Assembly: GCA_010909165.1 (NCBI GenBank) | Contig: MU008158.1 | Location: forward strand, 3,497,478 to 3,561,477 | Direction: 5' to 3' | Length of the DNA stretch: 64,000 nucleotides | Source of the DNA: Anthoceros angustus | Lineage: Eukaryota > Plantae > Anthocerotophyta | Program-made: the position numbers and the translations under genes | In this document: positions 38,041 through 49,830 of the stretch, piece after piece | Layout: each line of letters starts with the position of its first letter | Numbering within the stretch: position 1 is the first letter of the stretch | The notes under the pieces: model-generated | Databases searched by the model: none | What the model was told of the DNA's origin: nothing | The model's input: only the letters and a program-made list of their open reading frames with translations

Positions 38041-39106
38041 GACAAGCATAGTTGCGTTTTACTTGTTGGACTCGTGAAGAACAGATTTGTGCTTTGACTT
38101 GTAGTGAGGCATACATGTCGGCACCAACCTCGACACGGATAGCGGTCTTTGCCGGCTGTCCGGTGCTATCCGTGCTGACGTGGCCCTTGCTGCTAGCCCT
38201 CCGGCATTCATGTTTGAGCATTGGCACTCTTCACGGAGGGATCTTTGAAACATTTGCTCATTGACAATCGAACGGTGATTGGTAAATCGAAGCGGGTGGA
38301 TGACCACCCGGTGATCCTTTTACTCATTCCTTGTTTACCCATATACGCGACAGCACATTGTCGTGCACGACACATGATGGTGAACCAAATCCTTGAGGCC
38401 GCGGCCATTCCAAATCTCCGCGTTGTGGAGCATGGTCTGCAATTGTAGCAGAATGGCTTTGCATCCAAACCCCATCTGAACAAGACCAGTTGTGCGCGGA
38501 CGCAGAAGCACTTTGGATGAGTGCGGAGGCGATGGGGTGAACACATTCGTGCTATTCAACGGCCAATGGCGAGCAGCGCCATGTCCAGCGTGGAAAGGCA
38601 CGATTCGCTCAAGCACCAGGCATCATACGCGTGCGGCGCTTGCGTGTGTCCGGATATTTAAATCAAAACCCTTTTGACTCCTGGAGCAGTGCGGCGCTCG
38701 CCGGATGTCCGGTCGAGTCGTTTCATTTGTTGAATCGTTCCCACCACTTTCCTATTTACGATGTGAGCGGCTTAAACACTTTCCTATTTATTATGTGGCG
38801 CTTATGTGAGCGCTTATTGAAATCTTGGCTGGTGTGAAAATGTGCAAAGCAGACCCCATCGGTATTTATCTTCAAATCTTGCGTGTTTTTAAGGGTAGGT
38901 CATATAGTATAGAGGAAAAAGGAAAAATTAGTAAACAAACCTTGAAATGCGGTTTCATTTGAAAACTCTTCATTCTTCATACATCATTTTAAGTAGAATT
39001 TTAAAAAGAGCCTAATACACGGTTTTCCGAAAACAAACCCCCGTTTTCACACCCTCAAAATTAGAGACGAGGAGCCGTCTCTACTTCTTAGGAGACCTTG
39101 TTTAAG

Positions 39107-40006
39107 AGTAAAGGTGACGACAGACTGTGTGTCTCACAAGACGTACCTGAGAAAGTGATTCTAAGTGAGTGATCAGCTACCATGCGTCGGATCGATAGTA
39201 AGTTCTTTTTCATGTCAAGGACATGGAGCACGTCTTGCAAAAGTAGGGTTTCACCATTGAACAGCAGAATAGGGATGTTGCTTGAGCCGAAGATTGAGAG
39301 GGTGTTGTCGTACGTCTCCAAGCAGAACTGATTGTCCAGGTGAGCTGTGGCGATAAGAGGAGAATTGGTTCTCCGAGCAGCAGATGTGGTTGGTTGCGCC
39401 GGAGTCCAGGAACCAGTCATGTGGAGCAGCTTGGACAAAGGAAAGGCAAAGCGGCGGCGGATCTGCGGAGCTCCGGTAGAAACTTAGTGTAGGTGGCGAC
39501 GCCGGCTGGCATGTCCGTCGGCTCGCCGCTTCGCATTCGGACTCATAATGTCCGGGTATCCTGCACTAGTTGCAGGGTCCTTTGTTGTTCTTCCGCAGTG
39601 GAGGTCTCTGATTGTAATTTGGTGTGTAGGGCCAGATGGAGGCGCACTCCGAGGTGGCTGGTTAAAGCGGTTTGAGCCGCGTCGAAAACCGCGTCTGCGG
39701 GATGTGAAAAGAACATGTTGTGACCCTGCAGAGGGTCTTGTGGTGCCGTGTCTACTTGACTCTTCCTCCAATAGGGCACCTACCAACTCCGTAAGAGTTT
39801 AGGTTGAAGGCTTTTTGGTTGTGGCTGCCTGCGCTGCTTGTCGCAGAGTTGCGTTTTGGTAAGTGATGAATTGCGGTACCTTGGTGGAAGGGATATCAAC
39901 AAGACCACTGCTGCTTGGAGCTCGGTGAGTGTGGTGCCGCTCACTGCCAATTTGGCCCCTCGTGGACCGAATTTACTCACGTCTTTGCTCCTTTGTGTCG
40001 AGTTTT
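39107..40006 (-). mobile_element. Copia gag/knuckle/protease fragment without LTR (right part of the split Copia piece)
   Basis: ELQAAVVLLISLP; VGALLEEE; CN*CRIPGHYESEC; DWFLDSGATNHIC; LQDVLHVLDMKKNLLSI. Same family as 23551-24783. Confidence 0.88.
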
Positions 40007-40689
40007 CATGCGATCTTGGCGTCACAGGAGCCTTCTATCTTTTGTCTGGTGCTTCTACGGGAGGTCCTTCAACCTCTATTACCAGCACAAGAGTGTCTCT
40101 TCAGGATTTGTTATCTTGGAATCGGCCACAGGTACCAGGCAAGGCGACCCCCTGGGCGGTGCTCTCTTCGCCATTGCTCACTTTAGGGCCCTATCTAGGG
40201 CCGCCTTCTCAGTGCGCGACTATGTCTTCCCTTCGCTGGCAGACAATTCTCACATCCTCGGGCCTAGGGACAAAGTCAAGGAGGCTTTTGAGCTCTTCTC
40301 CCATGAGCTTTCTTTGGTGGGCTTGAAGGTCAAGTTGTCCAAGTGCCACGTGTGGTCTCCGTCGGGGATTCTACCTACTTTGCAGTTTCCTATTGGGGAG
40401 ATTGCTCCGGCTTTGGGACTGCGGATTCTAGGGGTCCTCTTCGATTCCCATGACTTCATCGGGAGCTTCCTGGACCAGGCTCTCATAGAGGACCTCTCCC
40501 ATGTCGAGGACCTCTCTTTGCTGGAGGATACACACGTGGCCTTTGGAATTCTTTCCTCCTGTTTTGCCAGGTGCCCTGGTTACCTCATCCGTACGCTGCC
40601 TCCGTCCCCGACCCTTTTGTCCCAGCAGGGGCGGTTTGATATGAAGATTTTGGATACTCTGGGGGACATCCTGGGCTCAAGGGCTTTTG
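40007..40689 (+). mobile_element. CRE-like reverse transcriptase, catalytic part and thumb
   Basis: SFVWCFYG...GTRQGDPLGGALFAIAH...SLADNSHILGP (degenerate xADD), GLKVKLSKC, GLRILGV, PGYLIRTLPP. Confidence 0.9.
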
Positions 40690-40719
40690 TATGTAGTACT
40701 GTCTACCTAGACTAGGTAC

Positions 40720-42208
40720 ATAGGAAAGGAAGATAAGACTAAGAAGCTTTGCATGAGAGGCATGCAGCCGTGGAAGATATTTTGCTTCGTCAACATGCTG
40801 CTCAGCTCACTCCTGGAGCAACTATGCCTCTTGCATCTATATCTGGTGTTCCGGACCCACCTCTCGAATTTGCATTTGATAATTCTTACATTCTTGTTTT
40901 GAGGATGACTCTCTTGAGGGGCCGATAACCCTTGACTCAATCACCCCTGTAGCTCCAACTCCCATTGTTGCAGCTGACGATGATCACCCTGCTCTTCCAG
41001 AGGTGACTGATGACAATATTGTACTTGAACCTGCACATGATGAAGTTACTGAAGCCAATGAAGAGCCTCCTCAAGTCCTACGTCGTTCTACCAGACACCG
41101 TCCTCCAAGGTCAGATGGAAAGAGCCTCCGTATGTTGCAGGTATTGCTGTAGAGGAACCATTTTTTCCACCTGCTCACGTTTTTAGTGTTGTAGACTCAT
41201 TAGGTGAACCCGCCACCTATAGAGAAGCTATTGAAGGGCGACTGAAGCTTCCTTTTGGCAGGAGGCTATTGAGTCCGAATATCAATCTCTCATTTCTAAT
41301 AAAACTTGGGTTCTTGTAGATCTCCCTCACAGTAGTAAACTTGCTTGTAAGTGGATCTTCAAAAAAAAACTCAATACAGATGGTAGTGTTGGTAGGTATA
41401 AGGCTCGCCTCGTGGCAAAGGGATATAGTCAAGTAGCGGGGTTAGACTACAATGAAACATTTGCCCCAGTTGTTAAGTCTATTTCCATAAGAATACTCCT
41501 CGTACATATGTTAAGAATACATATGTTAACATAAGAATTCATAAGAATTCTATACATAAGTCTATTTCCATAAGAATTGTTGTGTACTCCCTTGCTGCTC
41601 ACTACAATCTTCTCGTACATTAGTTAGACGTAAAAACTGCTTTTCTTAATGGCACCTTAGATGAGGTCATCTACATGGCTCAACCGGAAGGTTTTATTAT
41701 AGACCCTAATAAAGTATGTCAACTTTTAAAAACACTTTATGGTCTTAAACAGTCTTCCCGTGCATGGAATGAAATGTTTCATGCATTGCTCATAGAATGG
41801 GGTTTCACATGTTTGGACGCTGATAGCAGCATATATATTTTATGGGATGACAATGATTTTATCATTTTAACTGTTTATGTGGATGATAATATTTTATTTA
41901 GCACTTCACCAACTCTTATGGCAAGAATGAAAGCAGTACTTTTGGCGAGGTTTGATATGACTGATTTGGGGCAATTATCTTTTTCTCTTGGCATTCAATT
42001 CCATTTTAACACTCGCAATAACACTATTGATATTCATCAAGAGCATTTTGTACATCAACTACTTAAGAGGTTCAAGATGGAAGATGCACGACCAGTAAGC
42101 ACACCTATGTCTTCAGGTGAAAAGCTATCTAAGGAACAGTGCCCGACAACAGAAGAAGAAAAGGCAGAGATGGCACTCAAGCCTTACCGACAAGCTGTTG
42201 GTTGTTTA

Positions 42209-42210
<2 letters not shown>
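40720..42210 (+). mobile_element. Ty1/Copia integrase-tail and reverse transcriptase fragment
   Basis: EPATYREA; NKTWVLV; KWIFKKK; [13 protein letters not shown]; LDVKTAFLNG; LYGLKQSSRAW; VYVDDNI; PYRQAVGCLIYL. Ends in an ATCT microsatellite. Confidence 0.95.
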
Positions 42211-42283
<73 letters not shown>

Positions 42284-42308
42284 CATCTATCCATCTATCC
42301 ATCTATCC
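42209..42308. repeat. (ATCT)n / (ATCC) tetranucleotide microsatellite
   Basis: Read directly from the sequence. Confidence 0.95.
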
Positions 42309-45300
42309 AAGAGAGAGTTATGTTCCCTATGAGATCCATGAATTAGCCCTTTATGTGCCCATAGATGGTTGCCTCTGAATGATGTTTATCCATCCCAAAC
42401 ATCCCATCGATGAACTAAGTAAATCTATTCCTTCAATGTTTACGTAATACTAATTTGTGAATGAATTGTTTATTACTATTAGTATTTATTATTTATTACT
42501 TTATTTTTTTGACTAATATAGTTGTTTTCCTTGATTTTTAAGATAAATATTAATTCAAGGCTGTCTAATATTTATGCAATTTTTATTTGTCTTTTTTGGA
42601 TAATAAACTTGGAAGCGTGATGTTTGCATTCTTTATGAGTATCTTTCATCTGTTTTGTTTTTTAGCCTTAGAGAGGTGCTTAATCCTAAAAAAATGCACC
42701 ATTAGACTCTTGATAACTATGGGGTGAATAGAATATGAATATGCTTGCCTTTTTCCAACTGGTTATCACCTTCTTTTGGTAGGAGGATATAGTGCCTTAC
42801 CCACTTGGACCCGTTAATACCTCATATGGGCCATGTGTGCATTTATGACCTCGGACCTTGTTTCACTTTTAATATATACTACTAGGCTATAAATGAGGAT
42901 CGACCTATGTGCATGTTTGTTAAAGATGGGTTGATTCCTTGTGGGTTATCATTGGTAGGAATGGCTGCCCAATAGGATTATATAACTTGTGAGCGTGGTT
43001 GGATAGAATTTGCTACCCAATGAAATCCCTTCCCTCAAACTTTGGTTGGGGTTCCTCCTTCCTCTCCTATGCTTAGCCTCTACCTTTGATGATTGTCATT
43101 CTCTCTATTGCTCCCGCCTCTATTTGCGTGATCACCTTACTTAGTACCTTGGTCTCTTTGTCGCGTTGCCTCCCCAAGCTAGCCATGGCTACCAAGGTTG
43201 AACCTTTTCTCCTCTCTTCTACTTCACTTCCTGCAACCTTAGAATTAGTGGATGTGCAATGGATCCCGTCTCACCAAGGATCCGAAGCAGGGCCGATGAT
43301 CCCTTTTGGTGGTGAAGAAGGGAAGGGGAGGGTGTTGACCAACACCATCTCTGCATCCAAGAAGCTAGACCTTGATTTGGTCATCCGGTCTAGTCTTCTA
43401 AACCTCAAGTTGTTTTTCGGTATGATCTAGAAGCGGTGGATAGATGACTCAATATGCTAGGGTTTGTGTCTTACTGGATTCAAAATACAGTTTGATCAAC
43501 ACAAGATACTTCGTGCTCCGTGATGGTGGCTATGAATGTGTCGTTGTTCGTGCTGCAATTTTTATGCGGATGCCTCGTATTGGATGCATGTCTTTGGAAT
43601 CGTCATCCTTTGGGATCTTGACTCAAGGTCCTGCTTAGGTGAAACCTTCGCATCTTGCGTAGCTCGTTGCTGTGAGGCCCGATGTCGATGTTTGATACAT
43701 GTAGCAAGGAATGGCGGTGGTGGGAGGACAACGTCTGTGAGTTGAATAATGAAAATAGGTGGTATCTTGTTGTTTGGCTTCACGGACGATCTGCGAGCAC
43801 AAGATTGCATGTGAATGGCTTGAAGATAGCATGCGAGATAGATATTGTGCTACGGATGCTCGCTTAAGCTTGCGGGGATGTCGATCTAGTTTTGCATATC
43901 GCGTTGCTACCACGGTTGGATGTACTGCTTTTGTTGTCTTTGTAAGATTACCTTTGGAATATTGGGAGTCCGAGGACAAGGGCCTCTTTTGGGCGCTTTT
44001 GATCGGACGGGTTGGAGGATTGCTGGTTTCTTGCTCCCTGCGCCATCGCTCATGGATTGCTTGCTAGGAATGATTATCTCGGTTGAGGTTCCACCGTGGC
44101 TCGCCGTGCTTGGAGCCATACAAAGTGGCGCGTGCAAGTGGTGCCGCAGCACCGCTGGTTTTGCTTCCACGATGGGCATTTCATTAGCTACTTTGGAAAT
44201 TGATGCGGTGCATAACACGACGTCTTTTCTGTTTGATGGGTCTTTGGATATGCGGTGGGTGGATCGAGACGGGGTTGTCGTCGATCTAAAGCGTGAGCAG
44301 GATGACCATACGCCACTACGGTAATTTATAGTGACCCGTCTCACGGAGAGGTGTCTGACGCCTCGGTGAGGATCGACTATGGGCAAGGAAAAAAAGGGGT
44401 AAAGGGCGATTGATTGTCTGGCGGCCTCTTTTGACGCGATTTTTGACCGGACGGGTTGGAGGATTGCTGGTTTTCTCGCTCCCAACAAGCTCTCAAGATT
44501 GGGGTTTGTCTCAACCCCATTTTAGCTAACCAATGTAGAAATGCACATGTCTCAATTGTGTTTTATTTATAGCGAAACTTGACCACTTCATCAAAGCCCA
44601 AAAGAACACGGAATGTGCCCACGGCGTGCATAAATGTCAGACACACCGTTGTACAACATGAACTTTTATGGCTTTCTAGAACGATCAGAAAACTGCACAC
44701 CTTCCAAAACCGTCATGAAACATATATCTTTAAACAAGAAAACACACAATAAAAAACTTGACTCGTAACCCAGCGTGAATAGTCCTGTAGAGCCTGAGAA
44801 GTCTATAAAAGCGCCGGACACCTACTTCCCATGTCATCATCCTTCTTGAAAAAGGTTTCACACCTACAACAACAAGCGCCAACACTGCACTATCGGGCCT
44901 AATCCTCGGGTCGCCCTCGAACATTTGCCAAGATGTACTCGAGTCACTATATCCATTGAACCAAGAGCACATTACGAGCGACTCTCGTGTTCGGGACAAC
45001 CACGTCGTCGGCACCAAAGTCCTCGGTCCGCCTCCAAGTCGATAGGAGCTACATCAATCATGGCATCGGTGAGCTTCTCGGGATCCTCGGTCTCTTCCTC
45101 CTGCGGACCATGTCTCCATTTCTTTGGAATTGCGAGGGCCCGGTCCTCCACTTGAACCTCCGCGCATGCATGGTCACAAGTTGCATCAGACGTATGGTAT
45201 GCGGGAAAAGACAATGGCGAAACAAGACCAACCTCATCTCCAGCGCAGGCCAAAATGCAACATCGCACGCACTTATCGAATGCGCAAGGAAGGAAAGCAC

Positions 45301-45442
45301 AAGACTTTGCGAGCACCGTAGTGGCTAGCGACATCGAAGCCTCCTCCCCGGGCTTTGCTATATGGCGCCGGACGGCCCTCGCATCCCCGAGTGCCACCGC
45401 CTAAGAGGTTGATGGGATTGCCTCAAATAAGCGGACAATGAA

Positions 45443-46419
45443 NNNNNNNNNNNNNNNNNNNNNNNNNNNNNNNNNNNNNNNNNNNNNNNNNNNNNNNNNN
45501 NNNNNNNNNNNNNNNNNNNNNNNNNNNNNNNNNNNNNNNNNNNNNNNNNNNNNNNNNNNNNNNNNNNNNNNNNNNNNNNNNNNNNNNNNNNNNNNNNNNN
45601 NNNNNNNNNNNNNNNNNNNNNNNNNNNNNNNNNNNNNNNNNNNNNNNNNNNNNNNNNNNNNNNNNNNNNNNNNNNNNNNNNNNNNNNNNNNNNNNNNNNN
45701 NNNNNNNNNNNNNNNNNNNNNNNNNNNNNNNNNNNNNNNNNNNNNNNNNNNNNNNNNNNNNNNNNNNNNNNNNNNNNNNNNNNNNNNNNNNNNNNNNNNN
45801 NNNNNNNNNNNNNNNNNNNNNNNNNNNNNNNNNNNNNNNNNNNNNNNNNNNNNNNNNNNNNNNNNNNNNNNNNNNNNNNNNNNNNNNNNNNNNNNNNNNN
45901 NNNNNNNNNNNNNNNNNNNNNNNNNNNNNNNNNNNNNNNNNNNNNNNNNNNNNNNNNNNNNNNNNNNNNNNNNNNNNNNNNNNNNNNNNNNNNNNNNNNN
46001 NNNNNNNNNNNNNNNNNNNNNNNNNNNNNNNNNNNNNNNNNNNNNNNNNNNNNNNNNNNNNNNNNNNNNNNNNNNNNNNNNNNNNNNNNNNNNNNNNNNN
46101 NNNNNNNNNNNNNNNNNNNNNNNNNNNNNNNNNNNNNNNNNNNNNNNNNNNNNNNNNNNNNNNNNNNNNNNNNNNNNNNNNNNNNNNNNNNNNNNNNNNN
46201 NNNNNNNNNNNNNNNNNNNNNNNNNNNNNNNNNNNNNNNNNNNNNNNNNNNNNNNNNNNNNNNNNNNNNNNNNNNNNNNNNNNNNNNNNNNNNNNNNNNN
46301 NNNNNNNNNNNNNNNNNNNNNNNNNNNNNNNNNNNNNNNNNNNNNNNNNNNNNNNNNNNNNNNNNNNNNNNNNNNNNNNNNNNNNNNNNNNNNNNNNNNN
46401 NNNNNNNNNNNNNNNNNNN
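45443..46419. other. Assembly gap (977 N)
   Basis: Run of N; ORFs spanning it are artefacts. Confidence 1.
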
Positions 46420-47200
46420 GGCATCTTCGCAAACTCCGGACTAGAGTAGCGTTGTCAAAGGTCCGGACCATTTGGAACACGTCCGGATGCCACTCACCAA
46501 TTCCCCACTTCCTCCGGCCGGGGCCCAAGTCCGGATAGCGCGGGTCACAATGTTGCGCTCCACGAGGGTCCATGGCTCCCAGACTCCGTCGGCTTTTGGG
46601 TGCCATTGCTTTCCTCCTCTTGTCAGAGCCGGCCGAGTCCGGCACGATGTTCCTCCTTCGCGCGTTGTTGCTCCAAACGGCGCCACGCTCTGGCGCCCAA
46701 AAGAGCGCGAGCCGGATTGCGGGCGCAAGGCTGTGAGGATGCGGGCTGCCGTGACCTCCCTCCTTGGCGCTTGTGGAGTAAGCGCTGGCGGAAGGCGCCT
46801 CTTGTTGCGCGAGTGCATGGCTTACTCGACCCTACGCTTCCTGCGGCCTTCGCCGCGCGGCAGCGGGCGTGAATACCTGCTTATAACGGCCTCGGCAGGT
46901 TACGGTCACTCTGCATGCGACCTCCACTCGGGGCCGTCACGTGGCGCCGCCTCTCGTCATCCTCACGCCTCGCTCCTAGGTTACTTTCCACGGCGTACTT
47001 ATCCTATTTTGACTGGAGTGGGTTCCGGACTTATCCGTTACTCGGCGTAGGGAGCTTGCCATAGTGGTCGGGGTCCGTTGTTCACTCAGTCCGGAGTATA
47101 CTCGCCTCGTCCGGCGCTACCCCAATTTATTCCTCCTTTTCGCCTTATTTATCCTTCAATCCTAAAAAGCGAAACCTACTTATTTCTGCTCCCGAAGTGC
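46420..47200 (-). mobile_element. 5' part of an unclassified TE ORF family (PWxLVERN motif), truncated by the gap
   Basis: Minus strand reads ...VWEPWTLVERNIVTR.YPDLGP...EWHPDVFQ...TFDNATLVR, homologous to 61403-61609 and 51383 onward. Confidence 0.7.
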
Positions 47201-47887
47201 ATAGCCCGCCCGCACCCTTGGTAGTAAAACCCAGCAAGTCTGCTATTGGACCATGCACGAAACCCTAGCAAAATGCACCACGTCGAGCCGCCGTGAATTG
47301 ATACCGATATAAGCCGAGACTCCTCACATTGCTCGAGGCGAGGCAAATCAAGTTGAATGCTTCGAAGCGATTTAGCCAATAGACATGCACGAGCGCTCAC
47401 ATGTCTTGATGCTGCCAGTTCGAGAGAAAATTAAAAGGCGCCCTACACGGGTACTGAAGTGATAAGTCCCGAACCGCGCATTACACACATTGCCACAATC
47501 TTTGCGGCGTACACACACAATGTCTTTGCATTCTGACTAAATTCGACAACAACAAAATTGCGTGTGTTCGATAGCGTTCCTCCTAGGGACTTGACAAGCT
47601 GCCTTCCACCTTAGCCTTGAGGTCTTGTGCTCAAATGCCTTGCAACCACCTTGCATCTTGATGCAGTGGGCACCACACTCTTGGTCGGGCATCCTCAGAT
47701 TGGAGTGATCATGTCTGCTTTCTCCCAGTGTGTGAGAGGGAGACTGGCCCAAGCTTGGCCATTTTGCGGGTTATTTCCACTTTCTGTTTAAGGGCATTTA
47801 GTATTATCGATGCAGTTAAACTAAGCTAACAAAACCTACTTGCTAAGCCCTAGCTTCTAAGAGTTAGTTCCTAGCATCAGTTTCACG

Positions 47888-49830
47888 TCATTTCCGCATC
47901 TGCCGCTCTAAGTAGCTTGCCCATGAGACATCCACCCTACGGATCTGCGCATGGTGGGTTAGGAAATCTGGACTTTGAAGGTACTGCAAGCCAATGATTA
48001 ACGTGTTTTGCTGAACCTTCTTGTGGCTGGCACTCTCGCGAATCCTGTTCAGGGGATCGTTGGACACAATATCATGCTCCAACTTTGTCTTTGGCATACA
48101 TGGGTGAGTGAGGATAGGCGGTGAAGTGGCCCTCTTCCTTTTGCTGCCTGCCTTCTCTTTTTCTGATTGACTCTTTTTGCGTTTCTCCGCTCCTGTAATT
48201 CTCTTTCTCCCTTGTTGTTGCTCCACTCCTTTCTCCGGATTCTTGGGCACTGGGCTCAATTCCGCGTGATATTCCAGAAACAACTCCTGCAAACGATGCC
48301 TGGCTCCTATTGGATCTCCACCCTCTCCTACGGGTGGTGACTCGTCACTGAATGCCTCATCATCATCCGCCTGATGCTCCATTTGTTTGTTTTGCGGAGA
48401 TTCAGCTCCTTCGAAGTCCTTCTCTTCCATCTCCACCTGTTCGTGTCCATTGGAGGCATCATCTTCGGAGTCATTCACTTCATCCTCGAAAGCCACCTTA
48501 GTTTGCTTGAACTACTGCTCGGAGGACAAAGCTCGGGAAGTCTCGGCAAATAGAAGCCTTTGTGGGCCTGTTCCTTTGCTCTGCACGTAGAAGAGGGCTG
48601 CTGTGATTCCTCGGATCATGTGCGTTGAAGCTCATAAAATGCCTCCCATCCTGCGGATATGATATCATTAGGGAAGTCATCGCAACCGAGCAGGCCCACA
48701 ATGAAAGGCCTTCGAGCAGCCTTTCAAAAGGCTTTCAAAAGGCCTTTCGTGAAGCAGCTGTTCTGAAGGCCCACTGGCCTGAGAAATGAAGCGACGGACT
48801 TACATCTTCTTCCAACAAAGCGACCTTGAACTTTAACTTCCGGTGGCTTGGGTTTTGCATCTGAGCATCCAGTTGTCCAACTAAAGAACAAGTTGCTTGT
48901 CGTGAGCGTTTTTTCAGGGGACCTCGTCGGGCGCAATGGTCAGCAAGAGCTCGACTCCAATCTCCCCTTAGCTTCCCATCTCTGACCAAATTAGCCAACC
49001 TGCTCTCGCCGCTTGATTCTCATCGGCTCCTTCATACCCATTCACCCACACTTCCATGAGTGGGGATTCAGATTCTCCATCCGGGAAAGGAGGCAAAACC
49101 ACGCTCCATTGCCTATCCAGCAAAATCCGTTTGGGAGTCACATCTTGCAACTTCTTGACGGTCAAGCTCGGTTGTAGTTAAGAGATACGGGCATCTCCCA
49201 TTGCATCGGTTCACGCCTTCTTGGCCAAGGCGTCTCCATAAGCTTGGATGTTGGCTTCCTGCGGCTTTTGCCTTGGCCTTCACTTGACGGCACCGTTGCC
49301 TTGGCCTTAGCCGATCTTCAGATTCGGCCCGCAACACTCTTGCTTTGTTTGCGACTGCAAGTCTTGTCTTTCCAACTACGACCTTGCTTTGGCCTTGACT
49401 TGCCCAAAACCTGTCCGGACTTTTGCTGCAGTTTTGCAAGGCTTACCAGTCGGTTTGTGTCCTCCACCTTGGCTCTGTGTCGTTTCGAAAGTGTTCCCTT
49501 CTCCACCGGACTTTGCCTTCTTGATCCTTAACTTCGCCATCGGAGACCTCACTTGAGCTCCTCTCTGCAGGGGCGCATTCCAGGCGGCGGAAGAAGCGGG
49601 ATTGCTTTGCTCATCGTTTCGCCTCGTCAGGAGTTGCCGGCTCGATTGGGCGTGGGAGGACAAATCCCCATCCTTGCTATGCGCCGTGCCATACATGCAC
49701 AACCCGCGAAAGCATCTTTGAAATAAAACAGCGCCATCAAACCGCAAAGACAAAGAGGCCTGCAAACCGCAATCACAAACAAGCCTGCAACCAAGCCTAC
49801 ATATCGCAACCCTTGCGTGCACCCAGGCTA
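47888..49830 (-). pseudogene. Unassigned degenerate ORF with acidic and basic low-complexity tracts, probably TE-derived
   Basis: Coding-like fragments (EDEVNDSEDD..., KRKKSQSEKEKAGSKRKR) broken by frameshifts. No family motif recognised. Confidence 0.3.

Larger units (their letters stand above)
27594..39102. mobile_element. 11.5-kb TIR DNA transposon (Sola-like transposase) carrying a ParB-like plus beta-class DNA methyltransferase ORF
   Basis: Left TIR AACAAGGTCTCCTAAGAAGTAGAGAC (27594-27619) is the exact reverse complement of 39077-39102 and extends to ~32 bp with one indel. TAAG at 27590-27593 and 39103-39106 is a 4-bp TSD. Removing the element and one TAAG restores the Copia frame SSPLLLGRGTLLQGLYRLD. 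Confidence 0.92.

Noticed and set aside
27411-40008. TG...CA ends of the Copia piece as true LTR termini
   Set aside because: Both ends lie inside coding sequence, there are no LTRs, and the flanking 5-mers (TTCCA vs TGCGA) are not a TSD.
43250-43290. VQWIPSHQG resembling the RNase H WIPSH motif
   Set aside because: No other RNase H residues or downstream GNE.AD motif; the opposite strand looks more coding-like, so this is probably chance.
43000-45440. Several 100-190 aa ORFs and a ~45-bp repeat (~44000/~44445)
   Set aside because: No recognisable motifs; probably decayed TE sequence that cannot be classified by eye.
45401-46645. ORFs of 333-414 aa across the N run
   Set aside because: Assembly-gap artefacts.
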